From an uncultured Actinomycetota bacterium (GTDB lineage Bacteria > Actinomycetota > Actinomycetes > JACCUZ01): 64,000 nt of DNA. The notes beneath the pieces were generated by a model. The model was not told where the DNA came from, did no database searches, and saw nothing but the letters and a program-made list of their open reading frames with translations. A program made the translations under genes and the position numbers. Positions 29,424 to 39,186 of this stretch are shown here, one piece after another. Numbering within the stretch: position 1 is the stretch's first letter; each line of letters begins with the position of its first letter. The DNA is taken from NCBI GenBank assembly GCA_963807005.1, contig CAWDZK010000001.1, positions 980,829 through 1,044,828 on the forward strand, written 5' to 3'.

Positions 29424-29893
29424 CTGGTTCCCCAGTTGTAGAGCTGCTTACGGAGCTTGAGGTAGACGAACGACTCGGTGCTGCGCACCGAGGGCACTGC
29501 GCGGATGCGCTTGGACACGAGCTCGAGCAGGTGGTCGTCGTCCTCGCAGACCACCTCGACCAGCAGGTCGAAGCTGCCGGCGGTGATGACCACGTAGTCG
29601 ACCTCGGCCATGTCGGCGATCTTCTCGGCCACGGCCTCGACGTCTCCCTCGCAGGAGATGCCGATCATGGCCTGGCGCGGGAAGCCCACCTGGAGCGGGT
29701 CGGTCACCGCGACGATCTGCATGACGCCGGCGTCCAGCAGCCGCTGGACCCGTTGCCGGACCGCCGCCTCGGACAGCCCGACGGCCTTCCCGATCGCGGC
29801 GTAGGCGCGCCGCCCGTCTTCCTGCAGCTGCTCGATGATCGCCTTGGAGACGTCGTCGAGGACGATGCCGCCGCCCCGTTCCTTGGTCGCCAT
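29420..29893 (-). CDS. Lrp/AsnC family transcriptional regulator
   Basis: 157 aa with an N-terminal HTH (LDDVSKAIIEQLQEDGRRAYAAIGKAVGLSEAAVRQRVQRL) and a C-terminal RAM domain. Divergent from the aldehyde dehydrogenase at 30065. Confidence 0.88.
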   Translation of the reverse strand: MATKERGGGIVLDDVSKAIIEQLQEDGRRAYAAIGKAVGLSEAAVRQRVQRLLDAGVMQIVAVTDPLQVGFPRQAMIGISCEGDVEAVAEKIADMAEVDYVVITAGSFDLLVEVVCEDDDHLLELVSKRIRAVPSVRSTESFVYLKLRKQLYNWGTR

Positions 29894-30064
29894 ACCGGCG
29901 ATCCTCGCTCCCCGACGGGGTGGTTGGCAAGTGAATCCGTGGCGGATACGCTCGAAAATTGCTGAATCTGTCGTCCAGATGCCTCCCGACTGTTGAGAAC
30001 GGAGACCCCGGGTTAGGCTCCCGCCGAACCCGGACCACCCAGCGCCGCCTGCGAGGAGCCCGCC
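29894..30064. promoter_or_regulatory. Divergent intergenic control region between the Lrp/AsnC gene and the aldehyde dehydrogenase; locally AT-richer segment (gctcgaaaattgctgaatctgtcg)
   Basis: 171 nt between divergent starts. AT-rich patch typical of Lrp-type operator sites. Promoter hexamers not resolved confidently. Confidence 0.4.
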
Positions 30065-31513
30065 GTGCCTGAGACCCGCACCCTGTCCAACTTCGTCGGC
30101 GGCAAGCCGGTCGACACCGTCGACGGCCGCACCTCGGACCTGGTCGACCCGAGCACCGGGAAGGTCTTCGCCCACGCGCCGGTGTCGTCGGCCGCGGACG
30201 TGGACCTGGCCATGTCGGCCGCCGAGGCGGCGTTCGACGGCTGGCGCGACAGCACCCCCAGCGAGCGGCAGAAGGCCCTGATCCGGATCGCCGACGCGAT
30301 CGAGGCCCGCGCCGACGAGCTGGTGGCGGCCGAGGTGGAGAACACCGGTAAGCCGGTGTCGCTGACCCACTCGGAGGAGATCCCGCCGATGGTCGACCAG
30401 ATCCGGTTCTTCGCCGGCGCAGCAAGGGTGCTCGAGGGTCGCTCGGCCGGGGAGTACATGGCCGGTCACACGTCGTTCGTGCGCCGCGAGCCGATCGGCG
30501 TCTGCGCCCAGGTGACGCCGTGGAACTACCCGATGATGATGGCGGTCTGGAAGTGGGCACCGGCCATCGCCGCGGGCAACACGGTGGTGCTCAAGCCGTC
30601 GGACACCACGCCGGTGTCGACGCTGCTGATGGCCGAGATCATGGCCGAGTTCCTCCCGGAAGGCGTGTTCAACGTCGTCTGCGGCGACCGCGACACCGGT
30701 CGCGCCCTGGTCGAGCACCGCACGCCGCAGATGGTGTCGATCACCGGCTCGGTGCGCGCGGGTGTCGAGGTGGCCGGTTCCGCGGCCACCGACCTCAAGA
30801 GGGTGCACCTCGAGCTCGGCGGCAAGGCGCCGGTCGTGGTCTTCGACGACGCCGACCTCGAAGCGGCCGCGGAGGCGATCGCGGTCGCCGGCTACTTCAA
30901 CGCCGGGCAGGACTGCACCGCCGCGACCCGGGTCCTGGCGGCCCCCGGCATCCACGACGACTTCGTCGCTGCGCTCGCTCAGCAGGCGCGCGAGAGCGCC
31001 AAGACCGGGCGGCCCGACGACGAGGACGTGCTCTTCGGGCCGCTCAACAACGTCAACCAGCTGGACCGGGTGATGGGGCTGCTCTCGCGTGCCCCCGAGC
31101 ACGCGGCGGTCGCGGCCGGGGGCCATCGGATCGGCGGTGACCTGTCCGAGGGCTTCTTCCACGAGGCAACCGTCGTCAGTGGCCTGCGCCAGGACGACGA
31201 GCTGGTGCAGGACGAGGTGTTCGGACCGGTCATCACGGTGCAGCGCTTCTCCGACGAGGACGAGGCAGTCCGCTGGGCCAACGGGGTGCAGTACGGACTC
31301 GCGTCGTCGGTGTGGACCAAGGACCACGGTCGCGCCATGCGGATGGCCAAGCGGCTGGACTTCGGCTGCGTCTGGATCAACACCCACATCCCGCTGGTCG
31401 CCGAGATGCCGCACGGCGGCTTCAAGCACTCGGGCTACGGCAAGGACCTCTCGATGTACGGCTTCGAGGACTACACCCGCGTCAAGCACGTGATGTCCAA
31501 CATCGAGGCCTGA
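30065..31513 (+). CDS. Aldehyde dehydrogenase family protein (aminobutyraldehyde/betaine-aldehyde DH-like)
   Basis: 482 aa. GTG start. ALDH catalytic ELGGKAP...C motifs and the FNAGQDCTA Cys region. Confidence 0.88.
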   Translation: MPETRTLSNFVGGKPVDTVDGRTSDLVDPSTGKVFAHAPVSSAADVDLAMSAAEAAFDGWRDSTPSERQKALIRIADAIEARADELVAAEVENTGKPVSLTHSEEIPPMVDQIRFFAGAARVLEGRSAGEYMAGHTSFVRREPIGVCAQVTPWNYPMMMAVWKWAPAIAAGNTVVLKPSDTTPVSTLLMAEIMAEFLPEGVFNVVCGDRDTGRALVEHRTPQMVSITGSVRAGVEVAGSAATDLKRVHLELGGKAPVVVFDDADLEAAAEAIAVAGYFNAGQDCTAATRVLAAPGIHDDFVAALAQQARESAKTGRPDDEDVLFGPLNNVNQLDRVMGLLSRAPEHAAVAAGGHRIGGDLSEGFFHEATVVSGLRQDDELVQDEVFGPVITVQRFSDEDEAVRWANGVQYGLASSVWTKDHGRAMRMAKRLDFGCVWINTHIPLVAEMPHGGFKHSGYGKDLSMYGFEDYTRVKHVMSNIEA

Positions 31514-31527
31514 CCCGGAACGCGGAC

Positions 31528-33168
31528 GTGGGGGTCGATCTCGTCCTGCACGGCGGGACGGTCGTCACCGGGTTGCCCGGGGCGCCGCGCGCACGGGCTG
31601 TGGCCGTCCATGACGGCGGCGTCGTGGCGCTGGACCGGGACGCGCTGGACCTGCTGCCGGGCGCCACGAGCAAGCTGGACCTCGACGGCGGGGCGGTGCT
31701 CCCGTCCTTCGGCGACGGGCACGTCCACCCGCTCTGGGGCGGCGTCGAGCTGGCCGGTCCCGCGGTGCGCGAGGCGACGAGCGTGGCGCAGGTCGTCGAG
31801 GCGGTCCGGCGCTGGGCACAGGCGCACCCCGAGGTCGAGTGGGTCCAGGGTGGCCCCTACGACCCGAGCCTTGCGCCCGCCGGCCGGTTCGACGCGCGGT
31901 GGCTGGACGAGGCGGTCGCCGACCGACCGGTGGTCCTGCAGTCCGCCGACCACCACTGCGCCTGGGTGAACTCCGAGGCCCTCCGGCGGGCCGGGGTCGA
32001 TGGCGGCACCCCGGACCCGCCGGCCGGTCGGGTGGCCAGGCGACCCGACGGCAGCGCTCTCGGGACGCTGGTCGAGTGGACCGCCATGGACCTCGTGCTG
32101 CGGCACGCCCCGGCCGCCACCTTCGACGAGAAGCGGACCGGACTGCTGCGGGCCGCCGAGCTGCTCGCGGCTGCCGGGCTGACCTGGGTGCAGGACGCGG
32201 CTCTGTCACCGTCCGACGTGGAGGTCTACCTCGCCGCGGCCACCACCGGCCGGCTCGCGGTGCGGGCCAACGTGGCGCTGCGGGCCGACCCGGGTCGCTG
32301 GCCGGACCAGCGCGGCGAGTTCCTGGCCGCGCGGCGCGCAGCCGAGGGATCCGCAGCAGCCCACCAGGTGTCGGCGCGGACGGTGAAGATCTTCGCCGAC
32401 GGGGTCGTCGAGGCAGGCACCGCGTCGATGCTCGCCCCGTACGACGGGGCGCTCGGGGACCCGGCCGGCTCCTGTGGCCACCCCGTCTGGTCCCCGGACG
32501 AGCTGGCCGCCGCCGTGGCGGCGTTCGACGCCGACGGGTTCCAGCTGCACGTCCACGCCATCGGTGACGCGGCGGTCCGCGACACCCTCGACGCGCTCGC
32601 CCGGCTGCCGCAGGTCAACGGTCCCCGCGACCGCCGCTCGGTCGTCGCGCACACCCAGTGCGTCGACCCGGCCGACGTCACGAGGTTCGCCGAGCTCGGC
32701 GTGATCGCCAACCTCGAGCCGCTGTGGGCACAGCTCGACCCGCTGCAGGTCGACCTCACCCTGCCGCGTCTCGGGCACCACCGCGGTCGGCTGCAGTACC
32801 CCATGGCCTCGCTGCTGGCCTCCGGGGCGCTGCTGTCCTTCGGCAGCGACTGGCCGGTGAGCTCCTACCGGCCGCTCGAGGGGCTGGCGGTCGCCGTGAC
32901 CCGCCAGACCCGGGACGGCGTACCGGCCGGTGGCTGGGTGCCGGACGAGCGGCTCCCGGTGCCGGCCGCGCTGTCCGCCTACACGCAGGGCGTGGCCTAC
33001 CAGGCCTTCGAGGAGAGCTCGTGGGGGACGGTCGACGTCGGCCGGCGGGCCGACCTGGTCTGGCTCGACGGTGACCCGACCGCCACCGACCCGGAGCGCT
33101 GGCCGGACCTGACGGTCCGCGGCACCTGGCTCGGCGGCCGCCGCACCTGGGACCCCGCGGCGGCGTGA
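31528..33168 (+). CDS. Amidohydrolase family protein (Amidohydro_3-type metal-dependent hydrolase)
   Basis: VDLVLHGGTVVTG...GDGHVHPLWGG...HAIGDAAVRDTLDA motifs. GTG at 31528 inside ORF 31312-33168. Confidence 0.75.
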   Translation: MGVDLVLHGGTVVTGLPGAPRARAVAVHDGGVVALDRDALDLLPGATSKLDLDGGAVLPSFGDGHVHPLWGGVELAGPAVREATSVAQVVEAVRRWAQAHPEVEWVQGGPYDPSLAPAGRFDARWLDEAVADRPVVLQSADHHCAWVNSEALRRAGVDGGTPDPPAGRVARRPDGSALGTLVEWTAMDLVLRHAPAATFDEKRTGLLRAAELLAAAGLTWVQDAALSPSDVEVYLAAATTGRLAVRANVALRADPGRWPDQRGEFLAARRAAEGSAAAHQVSARTVKIFADGVVEAGTASMLAPYDGALGDPAGSCGHPVWSPDELAAAVAAFDADGFQLHVHAIGDAAVRDTLDALARLPQVNGPRDRRSVVAHTQCVDPADVTRFAELGVIANLEPLWAQLDPLQVDLTLPRLGHHRGRLQYPMASLLASGALLSFGSDWPVSSYRPLEGLAVAVTRQTRDGVPAGGWVPDERLPVPAALSAYTQGVAYQAFEESSWGTVDVGRRADLVWLDGDPTATDPERWPDLTVRGTWLGGRRTWDPAAA

Positions 33169-33427
33169 TCCGGCGGAGCGGCACGGGTCCCGCGTGCCGA
33201 GGGGCGCGCTTCGCCGGGTCCGCGGCGGACCGTCGGCCCGCAGCCGGATCGCTGCTGCAACCGCACCATTTTCCGCGTGATTTCGTGGTCACAATCCGGT
33301 ATCGCCACGGAATCCCTTGTCCGAGGCCGGGCTCTCTGTCAGGATCGTCCACGGCCGAGCGGCCGGGCGCTCCGCCAGACGATCAGCCCGGTCCTGCCGC
33401 TGACGAGCATCCAGGGAGCCCAGTCGC

Positions 33428-34969
33428 GTGCACCAGTTCATCGCCGGGAGTCGACGCACCGGTGGGTCGGGCGAGACCTTCGACGTGACCGACCCGGCGA
33501 CCGGTGAGACGGTCGAGCAGGTCGCTCTTGCCGGGCCCGATGACGTGGAGGCCGCGGTCGTGGCGGCCAGGGCTGCCTTTCCGGCCTGGTCGGCCGCCCC
33601 GCCGGTCGAGCGGTCGGCCGCGCTCACCCGGCTGGCCGCGCTGCTCGACGAGCGCGCCGGCGACCTGGCGCACACCGAGTCCCGCCAGACCGGCAAGCCG
33701 ATCAGGCTGGCCACCGGGTTCGACGTCCCAGGGACAGTCGACAACGTCTCGTTCTTCGCCGGGGCAGCGCGAGCCCTCGAGGGCAAGGCGGCCGCGGAGT
33801 ACTCCGGCGACCACACCTCCTACGTCCGGCGTGAGGCGGTCGGCGTGGTCGGCTCGGTGGCCCCGTGGAACTACCCGCTGCAGATGGCCGCCTGGAAGAT
33901 CCTGCCGGCGGTCGCGGCCGGCAACACGATCGTGCTCAAGCCGGCGGAGCTGACCCCGCTGACGACCCTGATGATGGCCGAGGCGGCGACCGAGGCGGGC
34001 TTCCCGGACGGTGTGATCAACGTCGTGACCGGCGCCGGCAGGGTTGCCGGGGAGGCGCTGATCGCTCACCCCGACGTCGACATGGTGTCGTTCACCGGGT
34101 CCTCGAGCGTGGGCCGCCGGGTGATGGAGCTGGCCGCGGTGTCGCCCGGCGGGCCGAAGCGAGTGCACCTCGAGCTGGGCGGCAAGGCCCCGTTCGTCGT
34201 CTTCGACGACGCCGACCTGGCCGCAGCGGTCCAGGGCGCGGTGGCCGGCGCCCTGATCAACACCGGCCAGGACTGCACCGCCGCCACCCGCGCCTACGTC
34301 CAGCGCCCGCTGTACGACGCCTTCGTCGCCGGCGTCGCCGACGTCATGGGCACCGTGGTGCTCGGTGATCCGTTGGACGAGCGGACCGACCAGGGTCCCC
34401 TCGTGTCCCGGCTCCAGCAGGAGCGGGTCGCGGGGTTCGTCGACCGGGCTCGTGCCGCGGGCGCGAAGGTCGTGCGAGGAGGTGCCGTGCCGCAGGGCGC
34501 GCTGAGCCGTGGGGCCTACTACGAGCCCACCCTCGTGGTCGACGCCGCGCAGGACTCCGAGATCGTCCAGGACGAGGTCTTCGGCCCGGTGCTCGTCGTG
34601 CTGCCCTTCGACGGCGACGACGAGGGGCTGCGGCTGGCCAACGACACGCCGTTCGGCCTGGCGGCCTCCGCCTGGACCCGCGACGTGTTCCGGGCGATGC
34701 GGGCGACCCGCGAGATCCGGGCCGGCTGCGTGTGGGTCAACGACCACATCCCGATCATCAGCGAGATGCCGCACGGGGGCTACAAGGCCTCCGGCAACGG
34801 CAAGGACATGTCCCAGTACTCGATGGACGAGTACACCTGCATCAAGCACGTCATGTACGACGGGACGGCCGCGGTCCGCAAGGACTGGCACCGCACCATA
34901 TTCACCGGCCCAGACCACCGCCGAGACGACCCTGTACGAGACAGCACCGAGGAGACATCACGTGACTGA
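33428..34969 (+). CDS. Aldehyde dehydrogenase family protein (second copy)
   Basis: 513 aa. WNYPLQMAAWKILPAVAAGN, ELGGKAP and [13 protein letters not shown] motifs. Confidence 0.88.
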   Translation: MHQFIAGSRRTGGSGETFDVTDPATGETVEQVALAGPDDVEAAVVAARAAFPAWSAAPPVERSAALTRLAALLDERAGDLAHTESRQTGKPIRLATGFDVPGTVDNVSFFAGAARALEGKAAAEYSGDHTSYVRREAVGVVGSVAPWNYPLQMAAWKILPAVAAGNTIVLKPAELTPLTTLMMAEAATEAGFPDGVINVVTGAGRVAGEALIAHPDVDMVSFTGSSSVGRRVMELAAVSPGGPKRVHLELGGKAPFVVFDDADLAAAVQGAVAGALINTGQDCTAATRAYVQRPLYDAFVAGVADVMGTVVLGDPLDERTDQGPLVSRLQQERVAGFVDRARAAGAKVVRGGAVPQGALSRGAYYEPTLVVDAAQDSEIVQDEVFGPVLVVLPFDGDDEGLRLANDTPFGLAASAWTRDVFRAMRATREIRAGCVWVNDHIPIISEMPHGGYKASGNGKDMSQYSMDEYTCIKHVMYDGTAAVRKDWHRTIFTGPDHRRDDPVRDSTEETSRD

Positions 34970-36170
34970 CCACCGACAGGACCCGAAGTTCCGCGCGCTG
35001 GTGCGTGCCCAGCTGACCAGGCGCTCGGTACTGCGGGGAGCAGGTGGGGTGGGCGTCGCCGCTGCACTCGCGGCCTGCGGCACCGGCGGCACCGGCACGA
35101 GCAGCAAGCCGTCGGCCGCGGTCAAGGACAAGTCCGCCACCGAGAAGGTGGTGCGCTGGGCGAACTGGCCGGCCTACCTCGACTACGACGAGGACACGAA
35201 GAAGTACCCGACGCTGGAGAAGTTCCAGCAGGAGACGGGCATCAAGGCGACCTACGCCGAGGACATCGACGACAACGACTCGTACTACGGCAAGATCCAG
35301 GGCCAGCTCAAGAACGGCGACGACATCGGCAAGGACGTCATCACGCTCACCGACTGGATGGCCGGCCGGATGATCCGGCAGGGCTACGTCCAGGAGCTGG
35401 ACAAGGCGGTCATCCCGAACGCGACGAACCTCAACCCGAAGCTGCAGGACGTCGACTTCGACCCGGGCCGCAAGTACTCGCTGACCTGGCAGAGCGGCTA
35501 CGCCGGCATCGGCTACCGCAAGGACAAGGTCGGCCGCGACCTCAAGACGATCGACGACCTCTGGGCCCCCGACCTCAAGGGCAAGGTGGTGGTGCTCTCC
35601 GAGATGCGCGACACGGTGGGCCTGATCATGCTCTCGCAGGGGGTCGACATCTCCCAGGGCGTGACCGAGGACCAGTTCAACAAGGCGCTGGACGTGCTGC
35701 AGAAGCAGGTCGACTCCGGCCAGATCCGGCAGGTCAAGGGCAACTCCTACCTCGAGGACATGCGCAGCGGGAACGCCATCGCGGCGATCGCCTGGTCCGG
35801 CGACATCCTGCTCGCCCAGTTCGAGGAGGACGACCCCAACTACGTCTTCCAGCTCCCGGAGACCGGTGGCACGCTCTGGTCCGACAACCTCATGATCCCG
35901 ATCGGGTCGCCGCACAAGACCAACGCCGAGAAGCTCATGGACTTCTACTACCAGCCGGAGATCGCCGCGGAGGTCGCCGCCTACGTGAACTACATCTGCC
36001 CGGTGGAAGGAGCCCAGGCCGCCATGGAGAAGATCGACCCGGAGCTCGTGGACAGCCCGCTGATCTTCCCGACCGAAGCGGACCTGGCCAAGGTCAGCGT
36101 GTTCCCGAGCCTGAGCCCCGACGAGGAGACGACGTTCTCCGAGTCCTTCCAGAAGGTGATCGGCAACTGA
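34962..36170 (+). CDS. Spermidine/putrescine-type ABC transporter substrate-binding lipoprotein (PotD/PotF family)
   Basis: GTG after GAGGAG. Signal peptide with a lipobox (LAAC). SBP fold with YLDYDEDTKKYPTLEKFQQETGIKATY. Confidence 0.8.
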   Translation: MTDHRQDPKFRALVRAQLTRRSVLRGAGGVGVAAALAACGTGGTGTSSKPSAAVKDKSATEKVVRWANWPAYLDYDEDTKKYPTLEKFQQETGIKATYAEDIDDNDSYYGKIQGQLKNGDDIGKDVITLTDWMAGRMIRQGYVQELDKAVIPNATNLNPKLQDVDFDPGRKYSLTWQSGYAGIGYRKDKVGRDLKTIDDLWAPDLKGKVVVLSEMRDTVGLIMLSQGVDISQGVTEDQFNKALDVLQKQVDSGQIRQVKGNSYLEDMRSGNAIAAIAWSGDILLAQFEEDDPNYVFQLPETGGTLWSDNLMIPIGSPHKTNAEKLMDFYYQPEIAAEVAAYVNYICPVEGAQAAMEKIDPELVDSPLIFPTEADLAKVSVFPSLSPDEETTFSESFQKVIGN

Positions 36171-36216
36171 CGCGCGGCGACGAGGCAGCGAGGGACGAGC
36201 GGAGAAGGAGCGGCCA

Positions 36217-37383
36217 GTGATGTCTGCGAAGGAGTCCGGCGCCGGGGGCCAGGACCTGCGGCTGGAGCGCATCACCAAGCGCTTCGCCACGTTCACCGCC
36301 GTCGACGACCTGTCGCTGACGATCCCGTCGGGCTCGTTCTTCGCGCTGCTCGGCCCGTCCGGCTGCGGGAAGACGACCACGCTGCGGATGGTGGCCGGGC
36401 TCGAGGAGCCCACCGAGGGCACCATCCTGATCGGCGACCAGGACGTCACCGACACCAAGCCGTACAAGCGGCCGGTCAACACGGTGTTCCAGAGCTACGC
36501 CCTGTTCCCGCACCTCGACATCTTCGAGAACGTCGCCTTCGGGCTGCGGCGCCGAGGCAGCAAGGACGTCAAGGCACAGGTGCACGAGGCGCTCGAGCTC
36601 GTCGAGCTCGGTGAGATGGCCCGGCGCAAGCCGGGCCAGCTCTCGGGTGGCCAGCAGCAGCGGGTGGCGCTGGCCCGGGCCATCGTCAACCGGCCGGCCG
36701 TGCTCCTGCTCGACGAGCCACTCGGCGCCCTCGACCTCAAGCTGCGCCGGCAGATGCAGATCGAGCTCAAGCGGATCCAGACCGAGGTCGGGCTCACCTT
36801 CGTGCACGTGACCCACGACCAGGAGGAGGCCATGACCATGGCCGACACCATCGCGGTCATGAACCACGGCCGGATCGAGCAGCTCGGCGGCCCGACCGAG
36901 CTCTACGAGGCTCCCGACACGACGTTCGTCGCCAACTTCCTCGGCCAGTCCAACATGGTGCACGCGACCGTCTCCGGTGCCGACGGCGACCAGCTGGTGC
37001 TCGACGTCCAGGGCCAGAAGATCGCGATGCCGGCAGCCCGCCGCAGCAGCGGCGACACCGACCTGCTGATCGGAGTCCGGCCGGAGAAGATCCATCTCGT
37101 GCGCCCGGAGGACGACGCGTCCGAGGCAGGGCGCAACGTGCTCCCCGGAGGGGTGGTCACCGACGCCAGCTTCACCGGTGTCAGCACCCAGTACCTCGTC
37201 CGGATGCCGTGGGGACAGGAGCTCATGGTCTTCGCCCAGAACCTCGGCGCGGGCGGCGTGCTGCGGCCGGGCACCACGGTGGACCTGCACTGGGAGCCGC
37301 TGCACACCTTCGCCCTCGACGGCACCGGGGACGTCAACGCCGGAGTCGAGCGTGAGGGCGCCGAGCGCCTCCCGGTCGGCTGA
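36217..37383 (+). CDS. Polyamine-type ABC transporter ATP-binding protein (PotA-like)
   Basis: Walker [13 protein letters not shown] signature LSGGQQQRV, Walker B LLLDEP, and a C-terminal TOBE/MOP-like domain. Confidence 0.88.
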   Translation: MMSAKESGAGGQDLRLERITKRFATFTAVDDLSLTIPSGSFFALLGPSGCGKTTTLRMVAGLEEPTEGTILIGDQDVTDTKPYKRPVNTVFQSYALFPHLDIFENVAFGLRRRGSKDVKAQVHEALELVELGEMARRKPGQLSGGQQQRVALARAIVNRPAVLLLDEPLGALDLKLRRQMQIELKRIQTEVGLTFVHVTHDQEEAMTMADTIAVMNHGRIEQLGGPTELYEAPDTTFVANFLGQSNMVHATVSGADGDQLVLDVQGQKIAMPAARRSSGDTDLLIGVRPEKIHLVRPEDDASEAGRNVLPGGVVTDASFTGVSTQYLVRMPWGQELMVFAQNLGAGGVLRPGTTVDLHWEPLHTFALDGTGDVNAGVEREGAERLPVG

Positions 37384-37395
37384 GATGGCGCTGTC

Positions 37396-38325
37396 ATGAG
37401 CGTCGCCCAGGGGATCGGCGCCGGCGAACGGCAGTACGACGCCGACAAGCCGCCGCCCGCGGACGACGGCGGAGGCGGTCGCCGCCGCCTCACCCCGTAC
37501 TTTCTGCTGCTGCCCGGGATGCTGTGGCTGCTGGTCTTCTTCATCGTCCCGATCGCCACCCTGCTGTCCACCTCGACGCAGACCCGGCCGGCAGGCGCCG
37601 AGATCGGCGAGTACACCCAGACGTTCCGGTTCGCGAACTATGTCGACACGCTGGACGAGTACCTCACGGTGTTCGGCCGGTCGTTCCTGTACGCCCTCAT
37701 CGCGACGGTCCTCGCGCTGGCAATCTCCTACCCGCTGGCCTACGCGATCGCCTTCAAGGCGGGGAAGTACCGCAACGTCCTGCTCGTGCTGGTCGTCGCG
37801 CCGTTCTTCGTCAGCTTCCTGCTGCGCACAGTTGCCTGGAAGCAGATCCTCGCCGACGGCGCCTGGGTCGCCGACACCCTGCGGTTCGTCCACCTGCTCG
37901 GGCCGGACGGCAGGATCATCAACACCGCTCCCGCCGTCGTCATCGGCATCACCTACAACTTCCTGCCGTTCATGATCCTGCCGATCTACGCGTCGCTGGA
38001 GCGCGTCGACCCGCGGTTCATGGAGGCGGCCGGCGATCTCTACGCGAACGGGCTCACGACCCTGCGCAAGGTGACCTTCCCGCTCTCCCTGCCCGGCGTC
38101 GTCGCCGGCACGCTGCTCACGTTCATCCCGGCGGCGGGCGACTACGTCAATGCGGCGTTGCTGGGCAACCGCGACACGACCATGGTCGGCAACGTCATCG
38201 ACTCGCGGTTCCTGCGGGTCGTCGACTACCCCACCGCCGCCGTGCTCTCGGTGACGCTGATGGTCTCGATCCTGGTTCTCGTCGGGATCTACATCCGCCG
38301 CTCGGGGACGGAGGAGCTGGTATGA
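37396..38325 (+). CDS. ABC transporter permease (PotB-like)
   Basis: 6-TM binding-protein-dependent permease with an EAA-like loop. Confidence 0.8.
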   Translation: MSVAQGIGAGERQYDADKPPPADDGGGGRRRLTPYFLLLPGMLWLLVFFIVPIATLLSTSTQTRPAGAEIGEYTQTFRFANYVDTLDEYLTVFGRSFLYALIATVLALAISYPLAYAIAFKAGKYRNVLLVLVVAPFFVSFLLRTVAWKQILADGAWVADTLRFVHLLGPDGRIINTAPAVVIGITYNFLPFMILPIYASLERVDPRFMEAAGDLYANGLTTLRKVTFPLSLPGVVAGTLLTFIPAAGDYVNAALLGNRDTTMVGNVIDSRFLRVVDYPTAAVLSVTLMVSILVLVGIYIRRSGTEELV

Positions 38326-39182
38326 CCACCTCGACGGTGCCCGCGGCGACGTCGTCCTCCTCGGCGCCGCATCGCCGCCGGTCCCCGGGCCAGCGGGTGG
38401 CGAGATGGTTCTCCCGCAACGCCATCCGCTTGTACGCGCTGTTCGGCTTCACCTACCTGTTCATCCCGGTCGCCTACACATTGGTCTTCTCGTTCAACGA
38501 CTCCGGCAAGTCGAACATCTCCTGGCGGGGCTTCACCCTCGACAAGTGGAAGAACCCGTGCGGCGCGCCGGACGTGTGCAGCGCGCTGGGCAACAGCCTG
38601 AAGATCGGAGCCCTGGCGACGGTGGTCGCCACCGTCCTGGGCACGATGATCGCCTTTGCCCTCGCCCGGCACCGGTTCCGGGGGCGGACCACGACCAACC
38701 TCACCATCTTCCTGCCGATGGCCACGCCGGAGGTCGTCCTCGGCGCCTCGCTGCTGGCCCTGTTCCTCAACCTTCGGATCCAGCTCGGCTTCACCACGAT
38801 CGTCATCGCGCACGTGATGTTCTGCATCTCGTTCGTGGTGGTGACGGTGAAGGCCCGCATCGCCGGGCTCGACCCCCGGCTGGAGCAGGCCGCGATGGAC
38901 CTCTATGCCAACGAGTTCCAGACCTTCCGCCGGATCACGCTGCCGCTCGTCGCTCCCGGCATCCTCGCCGCGGCGCTGCTCGCGTTCTCCTTGTCGTTCG
39001 ACGACTTCATCATCACGAACTTCAACTCCGGCGCTGTCAACACCTTCCCCAAGTTCGTCTTCGTGTCGTCGCTGCGGGGCATCCCCGCGCAGGCCAACGT
39101 GATCGCTTCCTTCATGTTCTTCCTCGCGCTGTTCGCGGTCGTGGTGGGCCAGGTCGTCAGCGGGCGGCGGAAGTCGGGCTGA
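38322..39182 (+). CDS. ABC transporter permease (PotC-like)
   Basis: ATG at 38322 overlaps the potB-like stop (ATGA). EAA loop AAMDLYANEFQTFRRITLP. Confidence 0.8.
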   Translation: MTTSTVPAATSSSSAPHRRRSPGQRVARWFSRNAIRLYALFGFTYLFIPVAYTLVFSFNDSGKSNISWRGFTLDKWKNPCGAPDVCSALGNSLKIGALATVVATVLGTMIAFALARHRFRGRTTTNLTIFLPMATPEVVLGASLLALFLNLRIQLGFTTIVIAHVMFCISFVVVTVKARIAGLDPRLEQAAMDLYANEFQTFRRITLPLVAPGILAAALLAFSLSFDDFIITNFNSGAVNTFPKFVFVSSLRGIPAQANVIASFMFFLALFAVVVGQVVSGRRKSG

Positions 39183-39186
39183 TGCC

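Noticed and set aside
33169-33427. Possible riboswitch or small ORF in the 259-nt leader of the second ALDH/pot operon
   Set aside because: No recognisable riboswitch consensus. Only short quasi-palindromes (ttccgcgtga / tcgccacggaa). The ORF 33165-33488 has no protein-like composition. Left as an unannotated leader.
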